NCBI GenBank assembly: GCA_011682385.1 | Contig: JAACET010000001.1 | Coordinates: 1-49,362, forward strand | Length of the DNA stretch: 49,362 bases | Source of the DNA: Actinomycetota bacterium | GTDB taxonomy: Bacteria; Planctomycetota; Phycisphaerae; JAACET01 | Direction: 5' to 3' | Shown here: positions 28,037 to 37,208 of the stretch, in pieces | Numbering within the stretch: position 1 is the first letter of the stretch | How the letters are laid out: the number at the start of each line of letters is the position of its first letter | Notes under the pieces: generated by a model | Databases searched by the model: none | What the model was told of the DNA's origin: nothing | Seen by the model: the letters and a program-made list of their open reading frames with translations, nothing else | Program-made: the position numbers and the translations under genes

Positions 28037-29140
28037 ATGCAAGCGATATTGCTGCGTCAGGGTGCTAAACAGGTCGAGTTGGCCCAGGTTCCCGACCCTC
28101 AGTGCTTGCCTGGCCAAGTCCTCGTGCAGGCCTTGGATAGTGGCATCTGTGGAACTGATCGCGAGATGATCCAACGGCAGATAGTTGATGTACCTCGCGG
28201 CCGGGATTATTTGGTACTTGGCCACGAGGGTCTGGGCAAGGTTGTCCAGACTCACGCCCCAGATTGCGACCTGCAAGTCGGCGATTTGGTCGTTCCCCTT
28301 GTTCGCCGAAGTTGCGGCCAATGCAACGCCTGCAACACTCACCATGTGGATTATTGTTATACCGGCAAATACACTGAGCGTGGCATTCACAAGCAGGACG
28401 GCTTTTTCAGCGAATTTTACGCCGATTCACCGCAGTATCTGGTTAAAGTCCCCCCCCGGTTGGAGGACCTTGCCGTCCTGGCCGAGCCTCTCAGTGTTAC
28501 CGTCAAGGCCACCCGGGTCGCCGCCTCACTTCTGAATCGCGTCAAGTTCGGTGGATTCTATTCCCAGCCCGGCAAGCGTGAGCGAGCCTTAGTTGCCGGC
28601 CACGGAGCCATTGGAATTCTTGGCACACTCCTGTTATTGGAGCAGGGCTTTGATGTTTATGTTTTGGGCAGAAGGCCCAGGGGCGATTTCCAGCGGACCC
28701 TTATCGAACAGCTTGGTATACCCTATCTTGATGCTACTACCAGTCAGCCCACCGACCTCGTCAAGCGTGAGGGTGGCTTCCTTTTGATTCTCGAGGCCAC
28801 CGGCCTTTCGGAGGTAACCTTCCAGTTAGCTAACTACCTCTCCCGCAACGGCACCATGGTTCTCACTGGCGTACCTCGCGGCCCTAAGACCGTCCAGATT
28901 GACGGCAATACCCTCATGGCCAATATCGTGCGTACCAACCAGGCCATCGTGGGCTCGGTTAATGCGTACACCGGCTGTTTTCACAAGGCCCTGGAGTATT
29001 TGGCTGTCTTCAAGAAGAAACACCCTCAACTGATGAGCCGGATTATCACCGCTCGCTACAAACCCGAGGAGTTTGAAATACCCTTTGCCAGGAAAGACCG
29101 CGACGACATCAAAGTGGTCATCGACTTCCGTAAAGATTGA
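28037..29140 (+). CDS. Zinc-dependent glucose 1-dehydrogenase (MDR family)
   Basis: GICGTDRE, LGHE.LG, VP.VRR.C..C..C...DYC.TG...ERGI, EPLS, G.G.IG, GSVNA. Confidence 0.85.
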   Translation: MQAILLRQGAKQVELAQVPDPQCLPGQVLVQALDSGICGTDREMIQRQIVDVPRGRDYLVLGHEGLGKVVQTHAPDCDLQVGDLVVPLVRRSCGQCNACNTHHVDYCYTGKYTERGIHKQDGFFSEFYADSPQYLVKVPPRLEDLAVLAEPLSVTVKATRVAASLLNRVKFGGFYSQPGKRERALVAGHGAIGILGTLLLLEQGFDVYVLGRRPRGDFQRTLIEQLGIPYLDATTSQPTDLVKREGGFLLILEATGLSEVTFQLANYLSRNGTMVLTGVPRGPKTVQIDGNTLMANIVRTNQAIVGSVNAYTGCFHKALEYLAVFKKKHPQLMSRIITARYKPEEFEIPFARKDRDDIKVVIDFRKD

Positions 29141-29151
29141 GGCGACCAATT

Positions 29152-30672
29152 ATGAAAAACTCACTCCAAGGTACCAGCCTCTTGGCCCTGGTATTTGCGA
29201 TTCTGTTTACCGGCTCGCTTTGGGCCGATGCTTCCCCATCAGCCGGCAAGATCACTTTCGACCGTTACTATACGGTCGAGTTTCAGGACCAGCGCTGTGG
29301 CTATGCCCGGACAGCCGTCCGTGAGTCCGCCGATCAAATTACCTCCTTGACCTATCTGCGGATTACCTTACGGCAGCTTGGCCAGGATATGCTGATGGTA
29401 TTCAAATCCACTTCACATGAGACCCCCGACGGCAAGTTCATCTCGATGGACCAGACGCTCTACACCAATGGCGCTGAGATCGCCAAGACAGCCCTGCTTG
29501 ACGGCCAAGATTTGGTCGTCACCACTACTCTTTTCGGGCGCCAGGTGGTTGAGCGTTTCCCTATTCCCCCCGATGGCTTTGTCACCGAGTCCGCTGCCGA
29601 GACTTTGATTAAGCCGCTGCTTGATAAGCCCGGCCAGCGTCTGAAGCTGACTGTACTCTCGTTGGAAGGCGGTTCCAGTCCTTTCCTGCCGATGACGCTG
29701 GAGGTGATCGGCCCGGAAACTATTTCTGCCTATGGACAAGCCGTTTCTGCCACCAAGGTAGCTGTTACGGTCACGATGGGCTCAGTCGAGTTTTCCAGCA
29801 TTTCCTGGTGTGACCGGGAAGGACCTATTGCCACTCGGATGCAGTTCGGCGGTTTCGATATTTTCCTTTGTGCCGCGAGTAAGGCCCAGGCCAGGAAACC
29901 GTCTGGTGGAGCGAATCTGGACATTATATCGAGAATTGTCCCCAAGGTTCCGCTCACCGATTCCGCCAAGGCCCGCAGAGCAGTCTATCGCCTGAAGCTG
30001 AAGGACCCTCAGGCCCCTATGGCCGATCTACCGCAGACCGACATGCAGCAGACCTTAGCTCGGGGCGCAGACTATGTGGATATTGAAGTCATCCGGCAGG
30101 ATCACCAGAGCTACGCCTCCGTGACTGCCCAGCAGGTTCCGCCGGAGTTGGCCAAGTACCTCAAGTCCACTCTTTACCTCGATTGGCGCACTCCCAGTGT
30201 CACAGCCGCAGCCCGGCAGGTCCCTTGCGACTCCGACAAGCCCTGGGACGTTGCCTTGGCTTTGTGGAAATACGTGGACCAAGCGGTTTACACCAAGAGT
30301 TTGGGAGTCGTCTATTTTGACCCGGCCTCCAAGGTCTTAGCTAGCGGTAAGGGCGACTGCACCGAGCACGCCGTACTGCTGGGTGCTCTCGCTCGAGCCA
30401 GGGGCCTGCCTTCTCGCATAGTGGTCGGTCTGACACAAGTCCCCGCCTCTGCTGGCCGCCGGATGGAATTTGGCTATCATGCCTGGACTGAGGTATGGAT
30501 AGACGGGACCTGGGTATCTTTGGACGCCGCTCTCCGGCAAGCCCCCGTGGATGTAGGCCACATTGCTTTGGGCGTTTCCGCTGCCGACGGTTCCGATCCC
30601 CTCAGAGGCGTATCCGCCGGTCTGGCCCAGATGATTGGAAACCTCCAGATAGAGGTACTCCAGCAAGAGTAA
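29152..30672 (+). CDS. Secreted transglutaminase-like domain protein
   Basis: Signal peptide; Cys-His-Asp triad in GDCTEHAVL, YHAWTEV, LDA. Confidence 0.85.
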   Translation: MKNSLQGTSLLALVFAILFTGSLWADASPSAGKITFDRYYTVEFQDQRCGYARTAVRESADQITSLTYLRITLRQLGQDMLMVFKSTSHETPDGKFISMDQTLYTNGAEIAKTALLDGQDLVVTTTLFGRQVVERFPIPPDGFVTESAAETLIKPLLDKPGQRLKLTVLSLEGGSSPFLPMTLEVIGPETISAYGQAVSATKVAVTVTMGSVEFSSISWCDREGPIATRMQFGGFDIFLCAASKAQARKPSGGANLDIISRIVPKVPLTDSAKARRAVYRLKLKDPQAPMADLPQTDMQQTLARGADYVDIEVIRQDHQSYASVTAQQVPPELAKYLKSTLYLDWRTPSVTAAARQVPCDSDKPWDVALALWKYVDQAVYTKSLGVVYFDPASKVLASGKGDCTEHAVLLGALARARGLPSRIVVGLTQVPASAGRRMEFGYHAWTEVWIDGTWVSLDAALRQAPVDVGHIALGVSAADGSDPLRGVSAGLAQMIGNLQIEVLQQE

Positions 30673-30673
30673 T

Positions 30674-32341
30674 TTACTCACCTGCCACTGCCGACAGTGC
30701 CCTCGGTACCGGATACATCTGCAGTACTGTCCCCGTCGTGCGTTCCAGTTCGACCAAGGAAATGTTGTAATCAGTGATAGCTTGTAGTTCCGCTCGTTCA
30801 GCTTCAGCCAAGGCCGCTTGAGCCCCCAGCTTGACTGCCAGAAACTCCGGCGTAAGTTGTCCCCGAATTTGCTCGGTATCTTCCAGAGCTTGCAGTTCGG
30901 TTCGGGCCGCTTTGACAGCCTCTTGTTGGATTTGCCATTGTTTGTATGTTGACTCGACCTGCCTGGCGCGTTCTTTTACCTGTACCGCCACTTGATCCGA
31001 GAGGTTCTGCAGCGTAGCGATGGCTTTTAGCCGGTTGAACTTGCTGCGTCGAAATTCCGCCTCACGTTGCCGGTTCCCCAGAGGGTATTCCAGATTCAGC
31101 CCTGCGCTGAAGCCGAAGTAATTTCCCGTGAACAGCCAATCGTGGGCATCGCCCGGCGAATCATCCAATCCTTGCAGAGCCGCGGATGCCGTCAGGTTCA
31201 GCTGGGGTAATTTTTGCCGCTGGGCTACATCGACGTCGATGTCAGCCATTTCGATAGCTAACTGAGCCTGTTCCAGAGTAGGGTTATGCTCTAGAGCCTG
31301 GGCCAATCTTTCGTTTGTGTCGATATCCATTGGCTCGCTGTTTGGCTTACCAATTGGCACGATCTCGTATTCGCTCAGCACATTTATTTGTGCATCAGCC
31401 AATAGCCTGGCCAGGGTATCCTGAGCATCGAAGACATTTTTCTGGGCCTGTACTACTATAGCTCGCCGCGTTTCCAGTGCTCGCCTGATCTGATTGATTT
31501 GCACTGCCGTAGCGTCGAGTTCACCTCGGCTCTCGACCCTTTGAAGCGTTTTGGCTGTGTCGTTAAGCAGAGACTCTGCAATCTCGAGTTCTCGCCGTGC
31601 CCGCACCAGCCCCCAATAGTCGCTGATGACTTCCGTGGCTATCCTTTCAACTTCGTCGCGGAACTGAGCCATAGTAATTTTCTGGTTCAGCCGAGCTACC
31701 TGTAGATTAGCCAGATTTACTTGGGCCCAGGCATCGCGCAGCAAGGGCTGACTTATCTCGAATACCAGCGTCGGCTCGTAGTAAGGGTTGGGTGTAGTCC
31801 AACCTGTATTATCCCAGGCCCGGATCATCGCCCAGGTTAATGACGTCTCAGCACCGGTAACAAACTTTTTTTTGACCCCAGCCTCAAAAGCGTAGGTTTT
31901 GGACTGAGCTCCCGAAAACAAACGTGAGGCATTCCGCTTATCCTCTTTGGTGTAGCTGCCTCCGCCAAAGACGGTATAGTCGAATTCGGAGGCCGCTTCG
32001 ATTACTTGTTCACGGGCTATCGCTGGCTCGAAGCTGATCACTCTAATGTCCAGGTTATTTACCAGAGCGTGCATTACTGCCTCGTCCAGACCGAGACGGA
32101 CGATCTTTTTGCCGCTTTCTTCGTCCTGTGCTACTTCGAATTCGGGCAGGGCTTTATCTTTCTCCGGCCGTAGCGAGTCTAAGCCCGTATCGCCTTTTCT
32201 GGCTTGTGGGCCGCGGTCTGCCAGGGCTCGCTGTGATCGGCCCAGGAGGCTCGAATCTGTCGGCCCGGGATTCACGCATCCGCCTGTAATACCAAGCACA
32301 GTCGCAACTAAACACACCATATATGTCAGGCGATAAATCAT
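30674..32341 (-). CDS. TolC family outer-membrane efflux protein (probable lipoprotein)
   Basis: Lipobox-like GGC; AL.NNL.I, QPLLR, YW.L, LPQL.L, YPLGNR repeats typical of OEP domains. Confidence 0.85.
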   Translation of the reverse strand: MIYRLTYMVCLVATVLGITGGCVNPGPTDSSLLGRSQRALADRGPQARKGDTGLDSLRPEKDKALPEFEVAQDEESGKKIVRLGLDEAVMHALVNNLDIRVISFEPAIAREQVIEAASEFDYTVFGGGSYTKEDKRNASRLFSGAQSKTYAFEAGVKKKFVTGAETSLTWAMIRAWDNTGWTTPNPYYEPTLVFEISQPLLRDAWAQVNLANLQVARLNQKITMAQFRDEVERIATEVISDYWGLVRARRELEIAESLLNDTAKTLQRVESRGELDATAVQINQIRRALETRRAIVVQAQKNVFDAQDTLARLLADAQINVLSEYEIVPIGKPNSEPMDIDTNERLAQALEHNPTLEQAQLAIEMADIDVDVAQRQKLPQLNLTASAALQGLDDSPGDAHDWLFTGNYFGFSAGLNLEYPLGNRQREAEFRRSKFNRLKAIATLQNLSDQVAVQVKERARQVESTYKQWQIQQEAVKAARTELQALEDTEQIRGQLTPEFLAVKLGAQAALAEAERAELQAITDYNISLVELERTTGTVLQMYPVPRALSAVAGE

Positions 32342-32477
32342 AGTTCTGTACCGTAGATTGGATTTTCTTGTGTTGTCCTTGCCCAGCAGTGTAACTACAT
32401 CTTGTTGTGCCTACAAGCAATTCTTAGCTATAGGGTTACCGGGTCTTGATAGCCTATCGCTATTGGCCCGGTGGGCG

Positions 32478-32894
32478 CTACCGCTGAGTTGGAATTATGC
32501 ACCTTGCCGTCCAGCCGTCTCCCACCCATAGACCAATAACCTTACAGGCTGGGAATTGTGCTTTGAGAAACTCGACCGCTCGTTGTAGTTGAGCCTTTTG
32601 ATTTTCTTCGTTTTGGGGATTACCTGCACAATCGTGATGGGCCGCCGCAGCTATCGCTCGCGATCCATGTTTGCTGACGCTTATTTCGATACTGGCTAGT
32701 ACCGACTTGGTTTGGATTGATCCGATTTCGTCTGAGAGGTACTTTACTATCCCTGCTTCTGTGATGTTATCAACGTATGAAACACCGAAGAAGGAGCGAA
32801 CCACCTCGATGACCGGCAGTTGGACCCGACCGTCCATGCAGTTGAGTGCAGTAGCAAAGTTTTCCATTTGGGGAGTCAGCGATTTCCTGGCCAT
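32478..32894 (-). CDS. Putative small beta-class carbonic anhydrase-like protein
   Basis: NCMDGR and HHDCAGN give the Cys/Asp/Arg and His-x-x-Cys zinc ligands. Start may be at the internal Met. Confidence 0.72.
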   Translation of the reverse strand: MARKSLTPQMENFATALNCMDGRVQLPVIEVVRSFFGVSYVDNITEAGIVKYLSDEIGSIQTKSVLASIEISVSKHGSRAIAAAAHHDCAGNPQNEENQKAQLQRAVEFLKAQFPACKVIGLWVGDGWTARCIIPTQR

Positions 32895-32992
32895 CAGCCC
32901 GCTTGAACAGGTGAACAGTTTTTTTGTCTTCCACCTGTTCTACTGTCTCCTGTTCACCTGCTCTATTCGCCGAAGCCCAAGGCGAAGGCGAA

Positions 32993-33067
32993 TCGGAGCG
33001 AGAGGATTTGAACCTCCGACCTCTGCGTCCCGAACGCAGCGCTCTAGCCAAGCTGAGCTACGCTCCG
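32993..33067 (-). tRNA. tRNA-Pro (anticodon CGG)
   Basis: CGGAGCGTAGCTCAGCTTGGCTAGAGCG CTGCG-TT-CGG-GA-CGCAG AGGTCGGAGGTTCAAATCCTCTCGCTCCGA folds as a cloverleaf. CCA not encoded. Confidence 0.96.
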
Positions 33068-33076
33068 TGAGGGGGC

Positions 33077-33180
33077 ATTCTAGCACGATTATCTGTCTTG
33101 GCCAAGGAATTTCGTCCGCTGTCCGGGCACAAATGTCCGCAGAGATTTTTCTTGACCGTCTCCGCCGGGCCCGCTAGAAT
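33077..33180. promoter_or_regulatory. Divergent sigma70 promoters
   Basis: - strand TTGGCC(33105-33100)-N17-TAGAAT(33082-33077) for tRNA-Pro; + strand TTGACC(33152-33157)-N17-TAGAAT(33175-33180). Confidence 0.7.
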
Positions 33181-33186
33181 CTCGGC

Positions 33187-33335
33187 CGAGTGATTGATCG
33201 TCTTTCACACGGGGCCGTTCGCCTGGTATGGTGACAGTGGGATAGCCGCACGCGGCGTGCTAGCTCGAGCCTCAGAAGGAACCTGTCATTGACCGCGTAC
33301 CCTCTGTGGTTTTGTCCGAATGTGCTGCGATCCAG
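33187..33335 (+). ncRNA. Candidate structured ncRNA / leader of unknown family
   Basis: Follows a strong promoter; long hairpin CACACGGGG/CCCTCTGTG, GGT/ACC, TGGTGACAG/CTGTCATTG; no convincing ORF. Confidence 0.3.
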
Positions 33336-33396
33336 ACCCTTCAGTAGTTTCTGGGTTTGTGGTATAGTCCCCCTTTCGGGCCAAACTGGCGACGAT

Positions 33397-33468
33397 TACC
33401 CGGTGGTGTAATAGGTAACACAGGAGTTTTTGGTACTCCCGTTCCAGGTTCGAGTCCTGGCCGGGTAG
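33397..33468 (+). tRNA. tRNA-Gln (anticodon TTG)
   Basis: TACCCGG acceptor stem, GGAGT-TT-TTG-GT-ACTCC anticodon arm, GGTTCGAGTCC T-arm; typical position upstream of glmU-prs. Confidence 0.96.
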
Positions 33469-33508
33469 CTTTTTGGGCCGAGCTGTTTTTAGGTTTTTTA
33501 GGATATTT

Positions 33509-34777
33509 ATGTCCTCGACAAAGGCTGTCATTCTTGCTGCCGGCAAGAGCACACGGATGCTCACCCAGACCCCCAAGGTCCTCCACGAGGTCTGCGGTCG
33601 CCCCATGTTGGCTTATGTACTGGACGCCTGCCGCCAGGCTGGGGTTGATGAGTTGATAGTGGTCGTGGGCTATCGCAGAGATGAGGTCTTAGCTGCCTTT
33701 GCCGACGAGCCCGGTATCACCTGGGTCACTCAGACTGAAGATCGCCACGGCACGGGTCACGCATTGATGTGTTGTCGCGAGGCCCTGGAGGGCTTCCAGG
33801 GCAACCTCCTGGTGCTCTGTGGTGACGGACCGTTGATCCGTTCGGAGGTCATTGCTCAGTTGCTCAACAAGCACACCCAGGAGCGGGCCGCAGTCACCTT
33901 GGCCACGGGTGCTTTGGACAACCCCAGCGGTTTTGGCCGAATCGTCAGGGACGAGTACGGCAACTTCCAGGCCATTGTTGAACACAACGACTGCTCTGCT
34001 GAGCAATTGCACATCAAAGAGATCAATCCCAGTTATTATTGTTTTAATACTCTCAGATTGTTTGAATCCCTTGAACAGGTCCGTCCCGACAATAAGAAGC
34101 AGGAGTATTATCTAACCGACACCCTCGGATTGCTTTTGCGGGCCGGCCACAAGGTTGTGGCCATTACTGCCGTCAAGGCTGGCGATGTTTTGAGCATTAA
34201 TTCTCGCCACGACTTGGCCACCGTTGGCAACGTTATGAAGCATCGCATCCTGAATCGCCTGATGGACAGTGGTGTTACCGTAGTCGATCCGGATAATACT
34301 TATATTGACGCTCGGGCCACGATTGGCCGGGACACGGTCATTCATCCTTTTACTTATATCAGTGGCCGGGTTACCATTGGCCGGAACTGTTCGATAGGCC
34401 CCTTTGCTTATTTGCGTGACGGCACGGAACTGCAGGACGACGTGGTCCTGGGTGTTTTCACTGAGGTCAAGAAGTCTGTTTTGTGTTCTGGCACCCGTGT
34501 CAGACACCTATCTTATATTGGTGACGCCCAAGTTGGTCGGCAGGTCAATATTGGTGCCGGCACTATCACCGCCAATTTCGATGGCTCCAAGGTCAGCCGG
34601 ACCGTCATTGATGACAACACCTATGTAGCCAGCGGTTCTATTCTTGTAGCCCCGCTGCACGTATCCGCCAATTCGCAAATTGCCCCGGGTTCAGTGCTGA
34701 ATCCCAATAACAATAAGTCGTCGGCCCGTCCGGACGGTACGCCGACTCAGTCTCCGACTAAACAGGGAGGCACTTAG
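33509..34777 (+). CDS. glmU: Bifunctional UDP-GlcNAc pyrophosphorylase / GlcN-1-P acetyltransferase
   Basis: ILAAGKSTRM...PKVLH, GTGHA, GDGPL, EYYLTD, hexapeptide domain with HLSYIGDA and NIGAGTITAN.DG. Confidence 0.92.
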   Translation: MSSTKAVILAAGKSTRMLTQTPKVLHEVCGRPMLAYVLDACRQAGVDELIVVVGYRRDEVLAAFADEPGITWVTQTEDRHGTGHALMCCREALEGFQGNLLVLCGDGPLIRSEVIAQLLNKHTQERAAVTLATGALDNPSGFGRIVRDEYGNFQAIVEHNDCSAEQLHIKEINPSYYCFNTLRLFESLEQVRPDNKKQEYYLTDTLGLLLRAGHKVVAITAVKAGDVLSINSRHDLATVGNVMKHRILNRLMDSGVTVVDPDNTYIDARATIGRDTVIHPFTYISGRVTIGRNCSIGPFAYLRDGTELQDDVVLGVFTEVKKSVLCSGTRVRHLSYIGDAQVGRQVNIGAGTITANFDGSKVSRTVIDDNTYVASGSILVAPLHVSANSQIAPGSVLNPNNNKSSARPDGTPTQSPTKQGGT

Positions 34778-34779
34778 CC

Positions 34780-35763
34780 ATGCAGAGCCAGAAAACTCAG
34801 ACTGTTGACGGCAACGATCTGAAGGTTTTTTCCGGTCGAGCCAACCTCGTTTTGGCCCAGCAGATCTGTACGCATTTGGGTCTTCCCTTGGCCAAGTCGC
34901 GCATAGACGATTTTCCTGACAGCGAGATCATGTTCAAGGTTGACGAGGACATTCGAGGCCGGGATGTTTTCATTGTTCAGCCCACCTGTGAGCCGGTGAA
35001 CGACCACCTCATGGAGTTGCTGGTTATGTTGGACTGTGTTCGCCGGGCCTCAGCCAGGAGTATCACTGCCGTGATCCCTTATTTCGGCTATGCTCGACAG
35101 GACCAGAAGCATGAGGGCCGCACACCTATTACAGCCAAGCTCGTAGCCAATTTGATCACTTCTGCCGGAGCCGACCGTGTAGTCACCATGGATCTGCATG
35201 CCGGCCAGGTGCAGGGTTTTTTTGACATCCCCTTGGATCACTTGCAGTCTCAGCCCGTTTTTACACGTTATTTCACCCAGCAGAACCTGGGCCCTTTGAC
35301 TTTGGTTTCCCCGGATATCGGCAATGTCAAGGTTGATGGCCAATTTGCTCGCCGGCTCAACGCCGATTTAGCCATTATTGATAAGAGGCGGATCAGTGAT
35401 TCCGAGGTCCAGGCCTGTAATATTATCGGCGACGTCTCTGGCCGGACCATTTTGATGTTCGATGACATTATTAGCACTGCGGCCACTATTTGTGCGGCAG
35501 CTAATCTGCTCAAGGAGCGTGGGGCCGGCCGGATTTACGTCGGTGCCACTCATGCGGTGTTCTGTGGTCCTGCTGTTGAACGGCTCAGTGCCGCCCCGAT
35601 TGAGCAGGTTGTGGTTTCCGACACCATTCCAATTAGTTCGGACAAGTTGGCCCAGCTTCCCAAATTGAAGGTTCTTAGTGTTGCCGGCTTATTGGCCGAG
35701 ACCATCAAACGCATACACTTTAATCTCTCGGTGAGCAGTCTATTTGAGCGGGAGACCACTTAG
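34780..35763 (+). CDS. prs: Ribose-phosphate pyrophosphokinase
   Basis: IRG.DVFIVQ, IPYFGYARQD, DLHA.Q.QGFF, VSPD.G, KRR, DD.I.TA.T. Confidence 0.96.
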   Translation: MQSQKTQTVDGNDLKVFSGRANLVLAQQICTHLGLPLAKSRIDDFPDSEIMFKVDEDIRGRDVFIVQPTCEPVNDHLMELLVMLDCVRRASARSITAVIPYFGYARQDQKHEGRTPITAKLVANLITSAGADRVVTMDLHAGQVQGFFDIPLDHLQSQPVFTRYFTQQNLGPLTLVSPDIGNVKVDGQFARRLNADLAIIDKRRISDSEVQACNIIGDVSGRTILMFDDIISTAATICAAANLLKERGAGRIYVGATHAVFCGPAVERLSAAPIEQVVVSDTIPISSDKLAQLPKLKVLSVAGLLAETIKRIHFNLSVSSLFERETT

Positions 35764-35799
35764 TTTACCTGATAGTTATGCTAAGACACAGGAGTTATT

Positions 35800-36468
35800 A
35801 TGTCGTCTAGTAAATTGAAAATAAGCTTGCGTCAGGACACTGGTACTGTTGCCTGCGGACGGTTGCGGGCCCGGGGTTTGATACCGGCCGTTATTTATGG
35901 CCACCAGCAAGAGGCTTTGCCGGTGTCTATCTCCGAACACGATTTAGGACTGCTGCTCGGCCACGGTGCCAGGCTGCTGGACATCTCTCTGGATAAGAAG
36001 CCTGAGAAGGCCTTGGTCAAGGAGGTCCAGTATGATCACTTGGGTGTTCGCATTATCCATGTCGATCTGGTCAGGGTTTCGCTTGACGAGAAGATACAGC
36101 TGGAGATTTCCATTGAGTTGCGTGGTGCGGTCGATGCCTCCAGCCACGGTGGTGGTACTGTGGAGCAGCTTTTGAATCAGGTTGAGGTCGAGTGCTTAGC
36201 CAGTAACATCCCCGAGGCTATACAGATTCAGGTAGGTCGATTGAAGCTTGGTGATGAAATTCGGGTCAAGGATTTGCCCGTGTCCCCGGAGGTCACGGTG
36301 CTCTCGGATCCGGAGACCTTGGTAGTTGTCGTACGGGCTGTGGTTGCTGAGGAGGCTGCTGAGGAGCCTGCTGAGGGCGAGGAGGCTGCGACCGATGCCG
36401 CCGCTGAGCCGGAGGTAATTGGCAGGGCTGCTGAGGAGCAGGACAAGGACACAGACCAGGAGAATTGA
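35800..36468 (+). CDS. rplY: 50S ribosomal protein L25/Ctc
   Basis: RLR..G.IPAVIYG, VKEVQY, H.D..RV, C-terminal beta domain and acidic EPEVI tail. Confidence 0.93.
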   Translation: MSSSKLKISLRQDTGTVACGRLRARGLIPAVIYGHQQEALPVSISEHDLGLLLGHGARLLDISLDKKPEKALVKEVQYDHLGVRIIHVDLVRVSLDEKIQLEISIELRGAVDASSHGGGTVEQLLNQVEVECLASNIPEAIQIQVGRLKLGDEIRVKDLPVSPEVTVLSDPETLVVVVRAVVAEEAAEEPAEGEEAATDAAAEPEVIGRAAEEQDKDTDQEN

Positions 36469-36555
36469 GTTTGCCTGGCCCGTGGGAAAGGGATGCCCTA
36501 TCGAGCGTGAGGTTCTAATATGGCGAACACCGGTTCCCGGGACCTGGCCGAGCGG

Positions 36556-37143
36556 ATGAAACTGATAGTTGGCTTGGGAAATCCTGGGCTCCGTTACGCT
36601 CAGACCAGGCACAATGTGGGCTTTATGGTCATTGATCAGTTGCTCAGGAGTTGGCCGCCGCAGAAAGAGCAGGAGAAGTTTGCCGGCCTGTTTAGTAAGG
36701 CTCATTTAGAGGATCATCCGGTGGGCCTGCTCAAGCCGACTACCTCTATGAATCTCAGTGGTATCTCGGTGGGCCAGGCCATGAAGTTTTACAGGTTGGA
36801 TTTGGATCAGCTCCTGGTGATCGCAGATGATTTGGCTTTGCCGCCGGGTAGATTGCGGATTCGCCGGTCGGGCTCTTCTGGCGGGCACAATGGTCTGGCC
36901 AGTGTGAGTCAGCATTTGGGCAGCGATAGCTTTGCCAGACTGCGGATTGGAATAGGTCCCAGTGATTTGCCTGATTCTGCGGACTATGTGTTAGCGAAGT
37001 GTTCCGACGAACAATGGCCCAGCATTAGCGCCGCCATTGACAAAGCCGTTCAGGCCGTATCATGTTGGGTCCTTGAGGGTTCTGACGCCGCGATGAATAG
37101 GTTTAATGCCCCGGATGACCCGCAGAATAACGGAGGGCTTTAG
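36556..37143 (+). CDS. pth: Peptidyl-tRNA hydrolase
   Basis: MKLIVGLGNPG..Y..TRHNVGF, KP.T.MNLSG, GGHNGL, RLRIGIG. Alternative start at 36520. Confidence 0.95.
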   Translation: MKLIVGLGNPGLRYAQTRHNVGFMVIDQLLRSWPPQKEQEKFAGLFSKAHLEDHPVGLLKPTTSMNLSGISVGQAMKFYRLDLDQLLVIADDLALPPGRLRIRRSGSSGGHNGLASVSQHLGSDSFARLRIGIGPSDLPDSADYVLAKCSDEQWPSISAAIDKAVQAVSCWVLEGSDAAMNRFNAPDDPQNNGGL

Positions 37144-37208
37144 TAATTCTTTATGGGTGTCGGTTCAGATTTCTTGGACAGTGAAGATTAAAGATTAAGG
37201 AGATAGTT

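Noticed and set aside
27009-33067. Integrative island bounded by the tyrosine recombinase and tRNA-Pro
   Set aside because: The recombinase has housekeeping XerC features, and I found no direct repeat of the tRNA 3' end. ATCCTCGCTCC at the xerC end is short, imperfect and in the wrong orientation.
32671-33656. ORFs spanning the tRNA region
   Set aside because: They read through tRNA-Pro, tRNA-Gln or promoter sequences and are spurious.
36340-36445. GAGGAGGCTGCT-type repeats in rplY (also CCTGCT repeats in rpsF)
   Set aside because: These encode ordinary low-complexity acidic or Pro-Ala tails.
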